Positions 1-13,930 of a stretch of 64,000 bases of DNA are shown here, one piece after another. Each line of letters opens with the position of its first letter. Within the stretch, counting starts at the first letter, position 1. The notes under the pieces are model-generated. The model was not told where the DNA came from. It did not search any database and saw nothing but the letters and a program-made list of their open reading frames with translations. The position numbers were made by a program, and so were the translations under genes. The DNA is taken from the NCBI GenBank assembly GCA_003427395.1, contig BFEA01000002.1, positions 564,310 through 628,309 on the forward strand, in the 5' to 3' direction. This DNA is from Chara braunii. Lineage: Eukaryota; Plantae; Charophyceae.

Positions 1-693
1 AACACACACAATCTCTGCTGCTATCCGGTTGCTCACACAACCTGAATTGCTGCTCTTTGTGGTTAAAGGACTTTTAAGGGCCCCCTACGGACCTCCTAAC
101 GACCCCCTATTGCACATTTGAGCTGCGATTTCCCCTCGGAAGCATGAGATGATGTCTGATGACCCCCCCCTGCCAGGCTAGCAGCCCTCTCATCTCTCAG
201 TTCAGAAAGACCCCCTAGCGTTCGCCTATGCCAGCTGCTCCGCGACCAACAACTCGGTGTACACACCGACTACTTAGATGACTACTTAGACGACCACTAA
301 ACACCGAACAAGAACATATGAAAAATGATGGGAAGGAGAAATCGACCGCGAACGAGACAACCTACAAGGTCTAGGGACTTCTATCGGACCACGAGTCTGA
401 CCTCTGACACCCCATCGTCCAAAGATCTGGTTCCACTGGTCCCACTGGTCCCACGGGGACTGAACGACAATTCATTAGAAAGACAGAGGGCTAAGGACAG
501 CAGTTGTAGCTAAAGAGTAAAAAGTGGAAGCAGGGAAAAAATTCGGACAATAGCGCAGAGAAACAGACACTGACCGACGTTGGAAGATGACAGAGCCGTC
601 ATCACCATGAGAGGGTAGCAAAGAATGAGGACGAGGAGCAGATGGATGGATCAAATTTACAGATTCGAATCTTGAAACCGTTTCCGTTGAGAT

Positions 694-1279
694 GCGTCAA
701 ACTTCGGTATGCTGTTTCGTCAGGCGGCGGGAATCCTGCGGCTAGCGGAGAAAAGGGACACAGAGGGCAGCCAATGAGAGTCGGAACACCTCCCATGGCA
801 CCAGCGGAGAGCGAGAACCCAAAGACAAAGAGGCAAACAATTTTCAGTGGGGAGTATCATGCCAATGCGGCATGTCGGGAGGAGAAGCGTCAAACTTCAG
901 TATGCTGTTTCGTCAGGCGGCGGGAATCCTGCGGCTAGCGGAGAAAAGGGACACAGAGGGCACCCAATGAGAGTCCAAAACCCCTCGCATGGCACCAGCG
1001 GAGAGCGAGAACCCAAAGACAAAAAGAGGCAAACAATTTTCAGTGGGGAGTATCATGCCAATGCGACATGTCGGGAGGAAAAGCGTCAAACTTCGGTATG
1101 CTGTTTCGTCAGGTGGCGGGAATCCTGCGGCTAGCGGAGAAAAGGGACACAGAGGGCAGCCAATGAGAGTCGGAACGCCTCACCTTGCATGGCGCCGGCA
1201 GAGGACGAGAACCCAAAGACGACAAGGCAAACGATTTTCAGTGGGGAGTATTGTATGCCAATGCAACATGTCGGAGGGG
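694..1279. repeat. Tandem repeat, 3 x ~195 bp
   Basis: Unit GCGTCAAACTTCGGTATGCTGTTTCGTCAGGCGGCGGGAATCC... starts at 694, 887 and 1083. Confidence 0.95.
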
Positions 1280-2942
1280 ACCTAAGCCGCGACCAAGAAA
1301 TTCAAGACCCCTGAAAGACACAGCCAGGGATGCCGGACTTCTTAACTTGACGAAGACAGCCAACGATTCGAAGTGAAAGGAACGGAAACAGTTGAAACGT
1401 TGAAGCTCCTGCTCGAGAACACGCCACTATCAACGGAATGAGCTGTGGAGGGTGGGGGTGGGGCTAGATCACAAATATAGTGGGCGGTGTCAGACGGAGA
1501 TGGGGCTACACAAATACAAAATAAAAAAAGGACGACATGAAGCGCACGGAAGCACCTGGATACAGGAAGGATAGGGAAATGCAAGCGAAAGAACAAACCC
1601 TTGGTGGCTGAGTAAAGAAAGCAACAGCAAGCGCATGACAAGGGCAGCGCCAATTCAGTTCGAGACCTGCCGTCGAAGAAGAACAGAGGTGTCCATCGTC
1701 TTCTTAGTTGGAAGGCTCGATGTAACCAGCGCGGCTGAATGCTGCAGATGCTACCGTCACAGGGACTGTAATCTTCCGAATCAGATCCGAAAAGAACATG
1801 AACGCCCCTGCTGCAGCCTGCAAAGCACCGAAATCATGGCGTCGCTGTTGTTAGAAAGTTAATAGAAACCCAATCCGGACGAGCATAAATTGAGAAATGG
1901 TCCAAAAAAAAGAAAAGAAAAAGGGGAGCGGAAGAAAGGGAAAAACACAAAGAAAGATGATGCCGATTTTGCGCAACTCACATTTTGAATCTTTGATCGG
2001 TCGCACAAGTTTTAAATACACTAGATGCACAAAGCGCAGATCTGTTTACATCTTTACGATCAGAATGAGCAGAACCAGGAACCACCTATCTTTAACAAAA
2101 AAAAAAAAAAAAAAAAAAAAAAGACCAGGAACTACATATCTAAAGAGCACCATGCACACAGACTGCCATGTCCCGCACGAACCAACCGCTGGCCTACAGA
2201 CACGTGAACGAATCCGCAAAGCGAGTAAAACTCAGATCGGGAATGCAATCTGACTTCAGGTCTTTTGGGGGAGCAATTGATCTCAAGAAAAGAAAAAAAA
2301 AATCACACAACCAACCTTACTTCACATCCTGATGGAGGAGCCCGTGCGAGGCATCAATCCCAACAACCCTCGCGAAAGGCAAAACCCAGAGAGCACCAGT
2401 AGAGGGCCTACGCCAATGGCCATTCGGCTTATTGAATCAGTACACCATAGTTAGCTCTCCCAATTCACATCAAACCATTTATCCGGCATCCACTCGGAAT
2501 CCATGGTCATGCACGCTATTTCTGCAGGGAACCTACTAGATCAGTCATTCCATCTGGGAATGCAGCCTAGTCTCCACAACCCTCAACCCCCGCCCTGCCC
2601 CCCCACCGGGGCCCCTTTTCAGTACATGCCCCTCACCTAAACTCAACGCAGTGCAACGCACGTAAAGTCCATCCTGCCTACCGTAAAGTCCATCCTGCCT
2701 ACCTCCTCGGTCTTCGAAAGACACCATCGCACAAAAGGGCATACGAGTCACCCATTCCAGTCCAGTCTTTGCCAAGAGACATACTGATCCATAAGGTTTG
2801 ATTATGCTCCTGTAATCCATTCTGTTCCATTATATCAAGTTATGTTCTGTTTTGTTGTGTTACGCTGAAACATTTCCGTGATGTACTGTGGCGTACTGCT
2901 CCATCACATTCTGACAATGACTTCATTGAATGATACTGACCG

Positions 2943-3250
2943 ATATATCGTCAAACAGAGCTGCCTACGGTAAAGCGGAGGCAGAGAGGGACAAAAGGGA
3001 GAAGAGGACAACAAACGAGGGGCTATGACAAACCGTTTCGTCGGAGTTTCACTGACTCACGAGGAGGCTGAACCCTACATCGTCAAACAGAACTGCCTTT
3101 TTTCTTAAAGGGCGACGGCCTTGAGATATCATCATAGAACTGACCCGCCCTAGGTAATTCAGAATAGTAGTATTTTACTTCTCGGCTTCCAGTGGAGTTC
3201 GAACTTGGGTCTGTACTTCAACAGTTCAGGTGTGTACCAACTGAGCTATA
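2943..3250 (-). mobile_element. tRNA-derived SINE (possibly tRNA-Asn head)
   Basis: Minus strand reads TAGCTCAGTTGGTA (A box)...ACTGTTGAA...GTTCGAACTCC (B box), then the body ATTCTGAATTACCT...ATGATGA.A.CTCAAGG shared with the 40281 copy. The 3' end GGCAGYTCTGTTTGACGATATAT is also seen at ~57008-57050. Confidence 0.7.
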
Positions 3251-3551
3251 TAATGTTGTTAGTCTGTAAAAGAGGACCGTAATTCTCTTAATCTTTAGAA
3301 TTGTCTTCATCGGCGACTTGTTATATATATATATTATATTATATATCGTCACAAATATATATATGTATATATATATCCTTGATTTCTTAAGTTAAAGATG
3401 AATACCCTCTTCGCAGGTCTGCTGTACATGCCTGTCGTACAAACCAGGAATCATCGATGATAAGGTAAGAAACTGTACCATAGAGCGTGGGAGAGCAAGG
3501 AATCGCAGACACCGGTCATATAGTGAAGTAACGAGAGAACCCTCTCATTAA

Positions 3552-3702
3552 GCCGCCAGTACTTCCAAGGCACTTTTCGCTGGAGAAGGTAACGGGCTCC
3601 TCGCCAAAAGAAGAATGATCCGGAGCGGGAGTCCGCGTCCGAGCCCCGACAACCATGCAAACCGAAACTTTGAAACAATGACTGGGAAATGTACTGGGTG
3701 GT
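3552..3702. mobile_element. TTAA-bounded non-autonomous element (ACCRCCAGTAC family)
   Basis: TTAA|GCCGCCAGTAC ... GTACTGGGTGGT|TTAA. Confidence 0.7.
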
Positions 3703-4094
3703 TTAAACTGTCAAAACGAAGAAGTAAACTGACGTATGCTGATAATGGGCCTCGCTCCACTACGTAATACTCTACACGCATTTGGATGCTCTCCAGACCA
3801 GGTGCATTCAGACGAATTCAACATTCTGAAGGTATCGGGTCCAAAAAGCATCCAAATGCATGTAGACAGGTGAAGAGGATTGTGACCGGATAACCAAGAC
3901 CTGCTGTAACTCTGCTTCCAACTAGAGTAACTGTATGGTAACGATTTGAGCCCACGCTTTGAACCCATGATCCGTTTGTCAGAAGATAAAGCTTGTGTAC
4001 CGTTCAGCCACACCAGCCACAAACAACTAATTGCAAGCAAACACAGAAAAGCGGTCATTGCTACAGTGGGCCTCTCCTGACGGAATCTAAATGG

Positions 4095-4730
4095 TAAACT
4101 AGGTGGTGACCTTACCAGTGACCTAACCTAGCTGGTGAACTAACCAGTGAATTAACCTAGGTGATGACCAAGTTAGGTGCGGACCTAACCTAGCTGGGGA
4201 GGACCTAGCCTAGCTGGGGACCTAGCCTAGGCCGTGACCTAACCAGTGGCCTATCCTAGGTGATGACCTAACCTAGGTGGTGACCTAACCTAATCTAGGT
4301 GGAGACCTAACCTAGCTGGGGACCTAGTATAGGTGGGGACCTAGCCAACTTGGTGACCTAACCTAGGTGGGGACCTAGCCTAGGTGGTGACCTAACCTAG
4401 GTGGGACCTAGCCTGGCTGGGGACCTAGCCTAGGCGGTGACCTAATCAGTGGCCTAACCTAATCTAGGTGGACACCTAACCTAGCTGGGAACCCAGCATA
4501 GGTGGGGACCTAACCTAGCCAGGAATCTAGCCTAGTTGATGGCCTAACCTAGGTGGTGGACCTAACCAGTGTAACCAGTGGCTAACCTAGGTGGTGACCT
4601 AACCAGTGACCTAACCTAGGTGGTGAGCTATCCGGTGACCTAACCTAGGTGTTGACCTAAGCTAGACGGCGACCTAAGTAAACCTAGGTCACCGACCAAA
4701 CCAGTGACCTAGAGGGTGACCAAGACAGTG
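4095..4730. repeat. Degenerate ~16-17 bp minisatellite (GACCTAACCTAGGTGGT) with palindromic ACCTAGGT core
   Basis: Dozens of variant units read directly from the sequence. Confidence 0.92.
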
Positions 4731-4948
4731 TCCTAAACCCGATCCAGATGTTACAGTACTTCATTTGGACAGCTCCAAGCAGCACATCGTTCAGTACGGA
4801 TTGTACACTAATACGGTAGTGCAACACCAGTACACCCCCATAGTACGGAGGTCGTCCTTTTTTCTCTTTTTTGGGTACGGGATTAAACCCCAGTAGTACA
4901 GAGGTGTCTTTCTTTTTGTACTGGATTGTTTTATGAATCCGTTTTTCG

Positions 4949-5223
4949 CTAGGCTACCAGAGTGGCCGGGGTCACTTCCCCGGCCGGGCCAAAAAAATTA
5001 AAAATAAATAAAAATAAAAATAATATTTTTAAAATTTTATTTTTATTTAAAAATTGGTAAAGAATTTCGATGTGACCCTGAGGCAAAAGTTGTTCAGTTT
5101 ATTTTTCTGCATAACATAGTTTTTTTTCGGATTTTTTGGATTTTTATTTTATTTTATTTTTTTGCTGGGAGTTCTTGCACGGGCTGGCCACCCGGGACCC
5201 GGGCGGCCCGGCTGGTAGCCTAG
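4949..5223. mobile_element. hAT-type MITE
   Basis: Perfect 12-bp TIR CTAGGCTACCAG/CTGGTAGCCTAG; perfect 8-bp TSD GTTTTTCG at 4941-4948 and 5224-5231. Confidence 0.9.
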
Positions 5224-6378
5224 GTTTTTCGTAATTTTTGGGGTTGATTTTTAATCACCAACAAAATTTTCAAAAGGCGTCTCAGCCGAAAGCTGTTTAG
5301 ATTCTTTAGAATGATGTTCGCGGTGATTTCTATCACACATAGGTTTTGAAGAACTTCAACAAAAAAAAAAAAAAGAAAAAAAAAAGACCTTTTCTGGAAC
5401 ATTGAACATTCCCCTCTTTACAGCGAATTGTGTGTGGGAGCCGCACTATGGCGCATACATACTACCAGAGTAGACTACTCCCACAGTAGCCCGTACTACA
5501 CGGGGTCTATTTTTAGCAAGGAGGATTCACTGGCTCCAAGCACACCCTCTAGATCCCTGCATCATACCGTCTTCCCCCGAACACAACGCACCCTTATTTT
5601 AGCTGTATCTGGCCAGAAACATACCTTGTATACATTCATTTTTAGGGTGCGTTATGTTCGGGGGAAGACGGTAGATCCCTGCATCATGCCATTCCTAATC
5701 CATGGCTAAATGTACGTCAAGCATTAAAAATTTTGGCAGTCCCATCCACAATCACCTGTCCGCAAACTGTGGCCCCACATCCGAGGTCGACAGCAAGCAC
5801 CGGCATATAGCACGGCCTTATGACCACAGAGACGTATACCTTGATAAGCACACAAAGGGTATTTTACTATTTTGAATCTCATCTCCAAACTCTATACGAG
5901 CTAGCAGTCGCACTTTGTGATGTGCATAATACACAACCACTTTTCCGCGTAGAAACCTGTTTGAGGCGGAACTTTGACCGCTGCTTTTACATGGGGCTAA
6001 GCTGCCCATCATTACGAGCGCATAATCGTCCTCGATGGGAAAATGGGCCCAGGTGCGAAAGCACTAATGCCTGCATATCTAGAGTTCAAATCCTTTCCGG
6101 TTTAGGAGCGAGCACTCCGGCCATCTAGCACAAGTCAGAGCGCCATCTGGCGTTCAGAAAGGGCTCTCTCGGAGAGCGCCTGAGGCACCAGCATATCGCA
6201 TATCTGACACAAACCACTGACCGCCCCAACAAGTTGAGACAACTAAGCAAAAAGTGGCAAACACAGCCCAAGCAGGTCCATGTGGCATCACAGATCTGGA
6301 TGCGCAACCACAAGCGAACAAGTGGCAAAGTCTGACACCATCCTCACAGGCTAAGCTGGTCCCTGCAGCACCACCGAT

Positions 6379-6450
6379 CTGCCTAGGGATCGGCGTATCA
6401 CGAGAACTGCTGCAAAAAGAAGTTCTCGTTATACGCCGATCCCTAGGCAG
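6379..6450. repeat. Inverted repeat (30-bp stem with 1 mismatch, 12-nt loop)
   Basis: CTGCCTAGGGATCGGCGTATCACGAGAACT ... AGTTCTCGTTATACGCCGATCCCTAGGCAG. Confidence 0.9.
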
Positions 6451-6466
6451 TTCTAGTGATACATAC

Positions 6467-6547
6467 GCACCACCAATCAATTGGCACCACCGATCAATCG
6501 GCACCGCCGAGCAATTGGCACCGCCGAGCAATTGGCACCGCCGATCA
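6467..6547. repeat. 17-bp tandem repeat (~4.5 copies)
   Basis: CAATTGGCACCGCCGAG variants. Confidence 0.85.
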
Positions 6548-7170
6548 GTCAGGTAACTACAATATCTTGCATATTCCTTAGTGACCCTGAAGAGATCAAC
6601 GAAGGAACAGCTGGCGTATGGAGACTGAAGAGAAGTACAAAGGATACATTTCCAAACTTCCCTCGGCCAAATCAATTGGCAGAGGAGAAACACCCAGAGC
6701 GCAGGAAATGGAAGGTCATCTACTGAATGTAGGGAAACAGAAGAACTGTGGACTGCAAAATTTCAACTACCCTCAGGTTGGTAGTCAATCCTCCTCCTTA
6801 GAGAGGCAATCCACCATCCATGCTTTCAATCATGACCTGGCAGTGGAAAAGGCCTGCCAGTGGAAAATGAACCGGAACGAAACTGCCTAGAATAGAACGT
6901 AGCTACGAGTACAAGCTGAGTTTATTTAGAAAAAAGAAACAAAAGACGTTCATAGGCGACCCCATGGAATCATCTCGTATTCTCAAAATGCTCCTCTGCA
7001 TTTCCACACTCCTCCGGTGTTCCAGACACCAACACACGCAAGAGGTTTCTCACAGAGGATTGCTACACCAACCTACATACACCCTGTCAAGCTCTTATCC
7101 GAAAAAGGTCTCCCGTACCGGATCACAAAACCCACCTCCATGGAGGCAGAAGGTTGGGCAGTCACCATTC

Positions 7171-7171
<1 letters not shown>

Positions 7172-7237
<66 letters not shown>

Positions 7238-7302
7238 CCCCCCCCCCCCGCACACACACACATAGGTTAGCACTGACAACTCAAAGATGCAAAGGAGGCA
7301 TG

Positions 7303-7356
<54 letters not shown>

Positions 7357-7415
7357 CCCCCCAACGCACACACTAACATAGGTTAGCACTGACAACTCAA
7401 AGATGCAAAGGAGGC
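7172..7415. repeat. Tandem duplication of (CT)n-(C)n plus CATAGGTTAGCACTGACAACTCAAAGATGCAAAGGAGGCA
   Basis: Two near-identical units. Confidence 0.85.
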
Positions 7416-8164
7416 AAGATAATGAAACCTTGCGAGGGTGACAGCAAATGATTTGTCAAAGTTTGAATGAAGGCCCGTCTGAGTTGAACGTCAGGTGCAA
7501 TGCCAGGCTACTATTACCTATGCGTACAAAATTAGTCAAAATTCAGATGCCCACTTTCTACCGGCGGATCTGACCATCAAAAGAACTACCCAACAGCAAG
7601 AAGGGGCCCTTTGATTTGGAAGGCGCTGTCGAGTTCTCACGTTGAGAGAAGACTTTCCCAAGAACCGGGCAAGAGCAGCCGGCATGGCACGACCTTTATG
7701 GTGGCGAAAGTACTAAGGAAGAACCTCCCGCTTAAGGTGCTATCGCAGAGAGGACGAAGACTGTGGTTCATGTGCAATCATCAAGAACTGCAGCTTGTGT
7801 AACTGCCTAAACGGAAGAGAAAACCACTGCATACTGCAGAATCCTATGGGGTTAGGCACACAAAAATCTTTGTCATCACATGAGCATGCCACCTGCATTA
7901 CAATCTCACCCTGTTTAGAATGGCTTCTACGTCTCAACTGTTCAGCCATTTATCTGTTTCACCTCCAGCCCTCCAGGCCCAGCTGTACAGCTGTACAGCT
8001 GTGTTTCCCCTCACTGACCCATCTGGGACTACACTGAATGACGGAGAAAAAGTATTCAGAGGCTGTATCCAGCTAAGGATCAGTCTGGCTGCAGTGGGCA
8101 TGGCACTGACACCTGAACTCAGGCTTTTTCCCAAAGTGTGTTCGAATGCCAGCGCGGTAAAAGC

Positions 8165-8254
8165 ACTAGTGCTTCCTAAATTTTAGGAAGCACTAGTTCT
8201 TTTTTAATCAACACCATCCGTTAAAACAGGTTACGGATGGTGTTGATTAAAAAA
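8165..8254. repeat. Two adjacent hairpins
   Basis: ACTAGTGCTTCCTAAA-T-TTTAGGAAGCACTAGT (8165-8197) and TTTTTTAATCAACACCATCCGT...ACGGATGGTGTTGATTAAAAAA (8200-8254). Confidence 0.85.
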
Positions 8255-11200
8255 ACGCACAAGTACTTCCCTAAATTGTGCACGTTAGCTAGCCACAATT
8301 TTAGGAAACATACGGGCCACTACAGCAGCATCCACGTTCATCCGACTAGAAACGTTTCTACTCTTATTTTTTTTCCCGCAGCCGATAGCTGGGCCAAGTA
8401 CTGGTGGTTTAATAGAATCTGACAAGCTGTGAAGGTATTTGCTCTTTTATTATGATAATATTATTAATATAATAATAATAATAATAAATTATAAAAATAT
8501 AGAAAAGGTGACTCCTAGTAGCCAGGCTTGGCCCGTGGTCAACTTAGCGCCTTCACATACACAGGCAAGCTTATCCCTAATAATGCCCCAGCTATCCCCA
8601 ATGCACTACCGTAGTACGACAGATGTCAATCCGCCTACCCCTAGTGGACGTGCCTAACATTCTTACGTCTATGCATCCACAAGACTAAAGACCTAAAGGA
8701 CATGCAGAGGCCTACAGTTCAAGGTAGCAGTATAAAAAAGCTGTATAACGATAAATAATTTAATAAATCGTTGTGACCCCGGACTCTCTATGGCCCGATC
8801 GCTTAAAGGCACAACTTCAAAAGTCAAAACGCAACAAAAGCCTGCTGTGTAACAACATCCAGTGCGTGTTCCTCATGGTTTTCTCCCACTGGAGAACATA
8901 CTCGACCCTTGCCTATCCGGCAAAGGTCATCCTTCCCCTTCCATGCACACCCTGTGGCAAACAATGATGACCTTAACTAAAGAGTAGAAGACTCAGGCAC
9001 ATCATAGACTTCCCAGCACAACATGTGACAAAGAATCACGATAACCATTAGTAAATGACACATCCACAGCCTACAGGACTCTTGAGCAGCATCCTGGTAC
9101 GTATGCTCTTTCTGGATATGGAAAGCAAGATACTACCAGCATAACCAAAAGGAACATTTCGCAAAACAGCACACATAGCACCCTAACCCTCCTGTGTTTG
9201 GCACATGACAGACAAATCAGGCATCCAATCAGTCCCAAGACTCCCAAGAACCAAAAAGCCAAGGTGGCACTCTTTTCTTCATTTAGCTCACACCTGTTAG
9301 CCCACACACTGGTAAACCAATTGTTGTTATTGAGATCACTCCGCCAGGAGCATGGACAAGCAACTCCATAGACTACACAGACCGCAAACAAGGTATAAGG
9401 GGGGACGAAGGGCATTCATTCTCTTGGGAGAGAGAGAGAGAGAGAATTTGAGAGCGAAGGTGAAGGCCTGCAGGCAAACAGACCTTGTCAACTCGGCCGC
9501 ATCACCATCACAGCCACTCGGAACGGAACCGAGCATACGAAGACGACGCTGGATTTGACTGACCTAGAACCAGAGTGAGGGCTACCGTTTGTCGTTTCGA
9601 CAAATAACCAAGGTCCCCGCTTCGTTATTCCAGTGCTTGCTCTTGACACTAGGACTGGCCGTCGTGGTCAAACATGTTGCCGTCACCATGTTGCTGTCAG
9701 ACGAGAAGATTGCAGACTTGAGCGCCATTCATTCAGACCGGTTGAGACTTCCAGGAAGGGTATCCTACGACTACCCCATGGATTTCCCACAGGCTGCGAG
9801 CTCTCATATATGCCCAGGTGGGAACCCGACCCATTGCTCGTCTACCGAACCCAGATGTCTTCCCAGGAGCATCAGGCAGGGTCTGAGAGCAGTTCACCCA
9901 GGAGTTGAGAGCTCGCAGTGCTTCCAAATGTGTGTGATGATGAGACAGTACTGCAAAAAGTTGAGGTGCGCGCACCAACCATTGCCCGAAGCCACACTTA
10001 TGCCGACTTCAGACACAGCAGCACATGGACACAGAAAGACATTTGGGTTCCGACAAAGGAGCTGGACTACTATTCCCCAAATGAGCAGAGCCCGGTCAGT
10101 GAGTTTGTTCAATGTCTGCTGTGGCACTTTCAAAAAGGCCCCGACGCTATTATCCAGCCTTTGATGTGTGGTTAATATGCTGCCAGTCACTGACCCGTGC
10201 CAGACAAATGCACTGTGTTCCGACATCTATCAGAAGAACAAGGTCAGGTTGGATGGAGAAGCACTTTTCCATCTGGGTCCAAGACCCAGTCACAGCAGAC
10301 ATATGGGGGAAATCACTGACCATTGTGCCACCAGTCTAAGCGCGCTGTTTGCCTAGGCGTTGCTGCCAACTGTCTAACTGATGTTTGCTCGCAAGAAAGC
10401 GAAGCAGGTGCAAGAGAGAATCATAACTAAAATACAGTATATTCACGAGTGTGTAGCATCAACACTCTCGCATATTACTAACGAATACATCGCAAAGCAC
10501 GAATGCAAGATGGCAGGATGCCCCTCGTGACAGTTTCACAAGGCGTGGACAGGGCTTATGGGCTTCTACTGGTTGCAAAGGACAGCCAAGGATATGGAGA
10601 AACCCAACTTCATCTCATTCTGCGCTACAACTGCTATCAGGGAAACAGAAGAGTCTGATTAAACCTGCTCTTCAACACACGTGCCATGGTGCCACTGCAC
10701 GCGCGGTAATAGCTGCCATGGTCTAACTCTACCATGAAGTGAATAACTAGCATGCATTGATGCTCAAGATGCGGTTGACACTACACTACCAGCACAAAGC
10801 CAGTAGAAGAGCCTTTTCCAAAAGCATGCATTCGGACACTAAGCCACACGTGCTGCCCATTTCGAATGCATGCTCTTCATAGAACTTGATATGCATCCTG
10901 GACATGACTGCCACATGTCACAGAAGACTGCCACATAAGAACGTACACCCTTCACAAAAGTTGGTATACATCCCGCAAGGCATCCTGCAAGGCATTGCTC
11001 AGCCAACTCGCCATATTTCGCCGAACAAGCATATGCCGCAATGCCCTCAATGTGTCTGGCATGATCCTACGGGGCATTGTGCAGCCAACTCGCCATATTT
11101 GCACGAAACAAGCATGCCGCAATGTCCTTACTCTGTCTGGCACTACCACGAAGGAGATGGCAGAAACTCCTTCCGAAAGCGCACAGAGACAAGGCTGCCA

Positions 11201-13930
11201 CAAGAACTTGCCGAGGAACATATGCCTGTCATTCATTGAACTAGTCGCGGCATGCATGCTGCGTCACAAAGCAGCTACCCACCGCATTGTAGAAAACAGT
11301 TCCGCCCTTTTCCCGCTCCTGATATGCAGTGAAAGAGACGAAGACCGAGATCAGCGTACACTACAGAAGATATTCCTGCCCGACGAAGACCGAAATCAGT
11401 GTACACTACACAAGATATTCTTGCCAAAATACCCGCACTGTGCCGTCTGCTCGCAAGATACCATAAACGTGTGGCCGCATGGGTGGTTCGCCCAGAAAGA
11501 AGCCCTGACCTCACAAAGAAGAGGGATGGATAACTGGCAGTATGGGCAGAAATAGAGCCATCACTCTGGGAGACCAGGCATCAAATCCACCTTGCAACCC
11601 AACATTGCACAGGTTATACCCCGTGAAGCGTTTGCAGACCTCCTGAAGATTTTAAGGCGTTATGATGCAAGACAATAAGTAATCACTGGAGCACAGGCAA
11701 AGATGATGTCGGCATGCCATCATTTCACCGGTGGGAAGCTGAGTGCACACTGATAGATGCTGAAGCCACAGCTGTTGGGGTCCACCGTTCCTGCAAAGAG
11801 GCCGCACATGGCTGAAAGCCATCAAACAACAAGGAGCACATGTCGACTGTAAGTCCACCATGAAGAGAAAGGGATAAGGAAGAAGAGATGGAGGAGGAGG
11901 AGGAGGAGGAGGAGGAGGAAGAGACTATTCGACAAACGCTTGCCGAAATGAATGCTCCGAGACATATAAGAGATTGAACTGCAACTGCAGAGTAGTAGCA
12001 GCACCAAAGGAAGTGTGCCATGAAGATGCGGAGAACATAGAGAAAAAAAACATGAAACTGCTACATGCAGTATGAAAGAAAAGGGGAAGCCATGATCTGA
12101 GGTGGTGTCAAAAGGCACACAAAACAGACTTCCAGCCTGCCATGGACTCTCTTCTGCCATGAATAGAGTAGAACGGCCCCACCCGCTTTTGGCAGAGATG
12201 AGACCCTTCAGAGGGATTCAAGCTGGTCACAACTGGCAAATGGATCCCGCCCATGTTAACGGTGAAGTTGGCACGCCTACAGCCACTAATCCACTTCACT
12301 TGGTCCCCATTGATGGACACTGACAACAGTGGATTAACAGCTGCCCTTTCACGGGTTCCTAAACTTCTAATACGAAACCCATCCCGACTGCAGTACGCCA
12401 CTGCACTTGGAAACGATGCCAAGCCCCTTCCTTGTGGAGCTTCATCTCGCAATAGTTTCACAATCTGGGGTAAAAGACATAGGCAGCACCCACAAAAAAA
12501 ACCGCCTTCCTCTGCAGATGGTACAAATCTGCATATAAACATCACAAAAACCATCTGAAAAACAAACTACAACCGAGGAACCTACGAGCAGATCGGTTAC
12601 AACTCCACTGCTGCTAAAACCAGAATACTAGTACAATCCTACATATAATTCGATATAAACGTTGTAAACATGTAGAGCAGAGAAACCTACGCCAAGGACA
12701 GAACCAACTCCACTGCTGCTGAAGCCATACTGGCATGGTCCCTTTTCCAGTCAGGCCCTTCACATGCCCAATCCAGGCTCTCCTCAAGATCAATCCCGTC
12801 TGATGGAACTATCCTACTGATTGATCAAGTTCGGGTACCGAGTTAAACAACCACCACAATAAGAAAATGCAAATCAGGAAGAACAGCTGGCGCACTGCAC
12901 TATCGGCATACAAGCATTAAGCGGACCTTCAGTGGGAGTAGAAAGGCGCTGGTATATTGAACCCGGACCGGCCTTGTCTAATGCCAATGAACGACAATGT
13001 GGTACATTTACACCCTCCTAACTTGGGTTCCTCCTCTGTGCACAGCAGTACTCAGAAGAGTTACGTGCTGTAAACCATGGAGTGACAATTGATCAGACTT
13101 ACCCATCATGGCCTGCTATGAGCAAGATACTCTGCCCCAAGATCGTAGGGAAGATCGAGAAGGGGAACGAGCCAAATCATCTTCTCCAATAGCTCGTACA
13201 ACAAAGCTCTCGCTCATCGAATCTCGCAGGCCACATACCGTTCTCCTGGCAATCAGGCGAAAGTAAGGAGATCCGCGCGCCTCATACCAACCTACCCGGA
13301 GCGTACGCAGATTCTCAAAACCCTATTCTCATGACACAGCTGGATGTGACAGTCTCAGCTTGCCTCTGACACTTGTAAGATACAACTGCATTCAAGGCCC
13401 CCCTTCATACTGTTCACGGCGCTACAGCCACAGCCACCATCATCATCACCGCTCACCAGAGCACCACATCTCAATGCACTATTTCAACACAGAGGTCATA
13501 TGCTGCAGGACATAGCTCTGCACTTGTCTCCTCCTTATGTTCAGCTCTACCTAGGACCTGAATCCACATCCAATTATCACCTTGCACATCAGACTGCTGA
13601 TCTCCGACTTGCAGATCAACTCATGATGGGGAGGTTGTGAAGCTCTGCGTGGACTACCGCCCGTTTCCTCACCAGGACACTCCAGCGCTGATTATCTGCA
13701 AAAAAAAGAAAAACTGTTTTGCTTTTCTTTCTAATCTTCCCTGTTTCGTTCTAGTTTTAGCGGATGTAACCAAACAGAATAAATCAAGGGATTGCTTTCA
13801 GCTCTCCCATACGCTGACACCTGTTCCAACTTCCAGCTGAGTTTGAGGTTTGGGGCCGATCAAGTTAGGTACAGAGAGGAAAGCCCCGGCGTGAGGATGC
13901 CGTCCCCACAGGATAGCTTGGAAAACTTAA

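Noticed and set aside
3451-3870. LINE endonuclease-like peptides (WKYWRLN, HFPVIV, DTFRMLN..TW) in minus-strand ORFs
   Set aside because: WRLN and HFPV derive from the ends of the TTAA-bounded element at 3552-3702; the remaining motif alone is too weak.
9589-12558. Several 100-190 aa ORFs
   Set aside because: No recognisable domain; overlapping frames on both strands and internal short tandem repeats.
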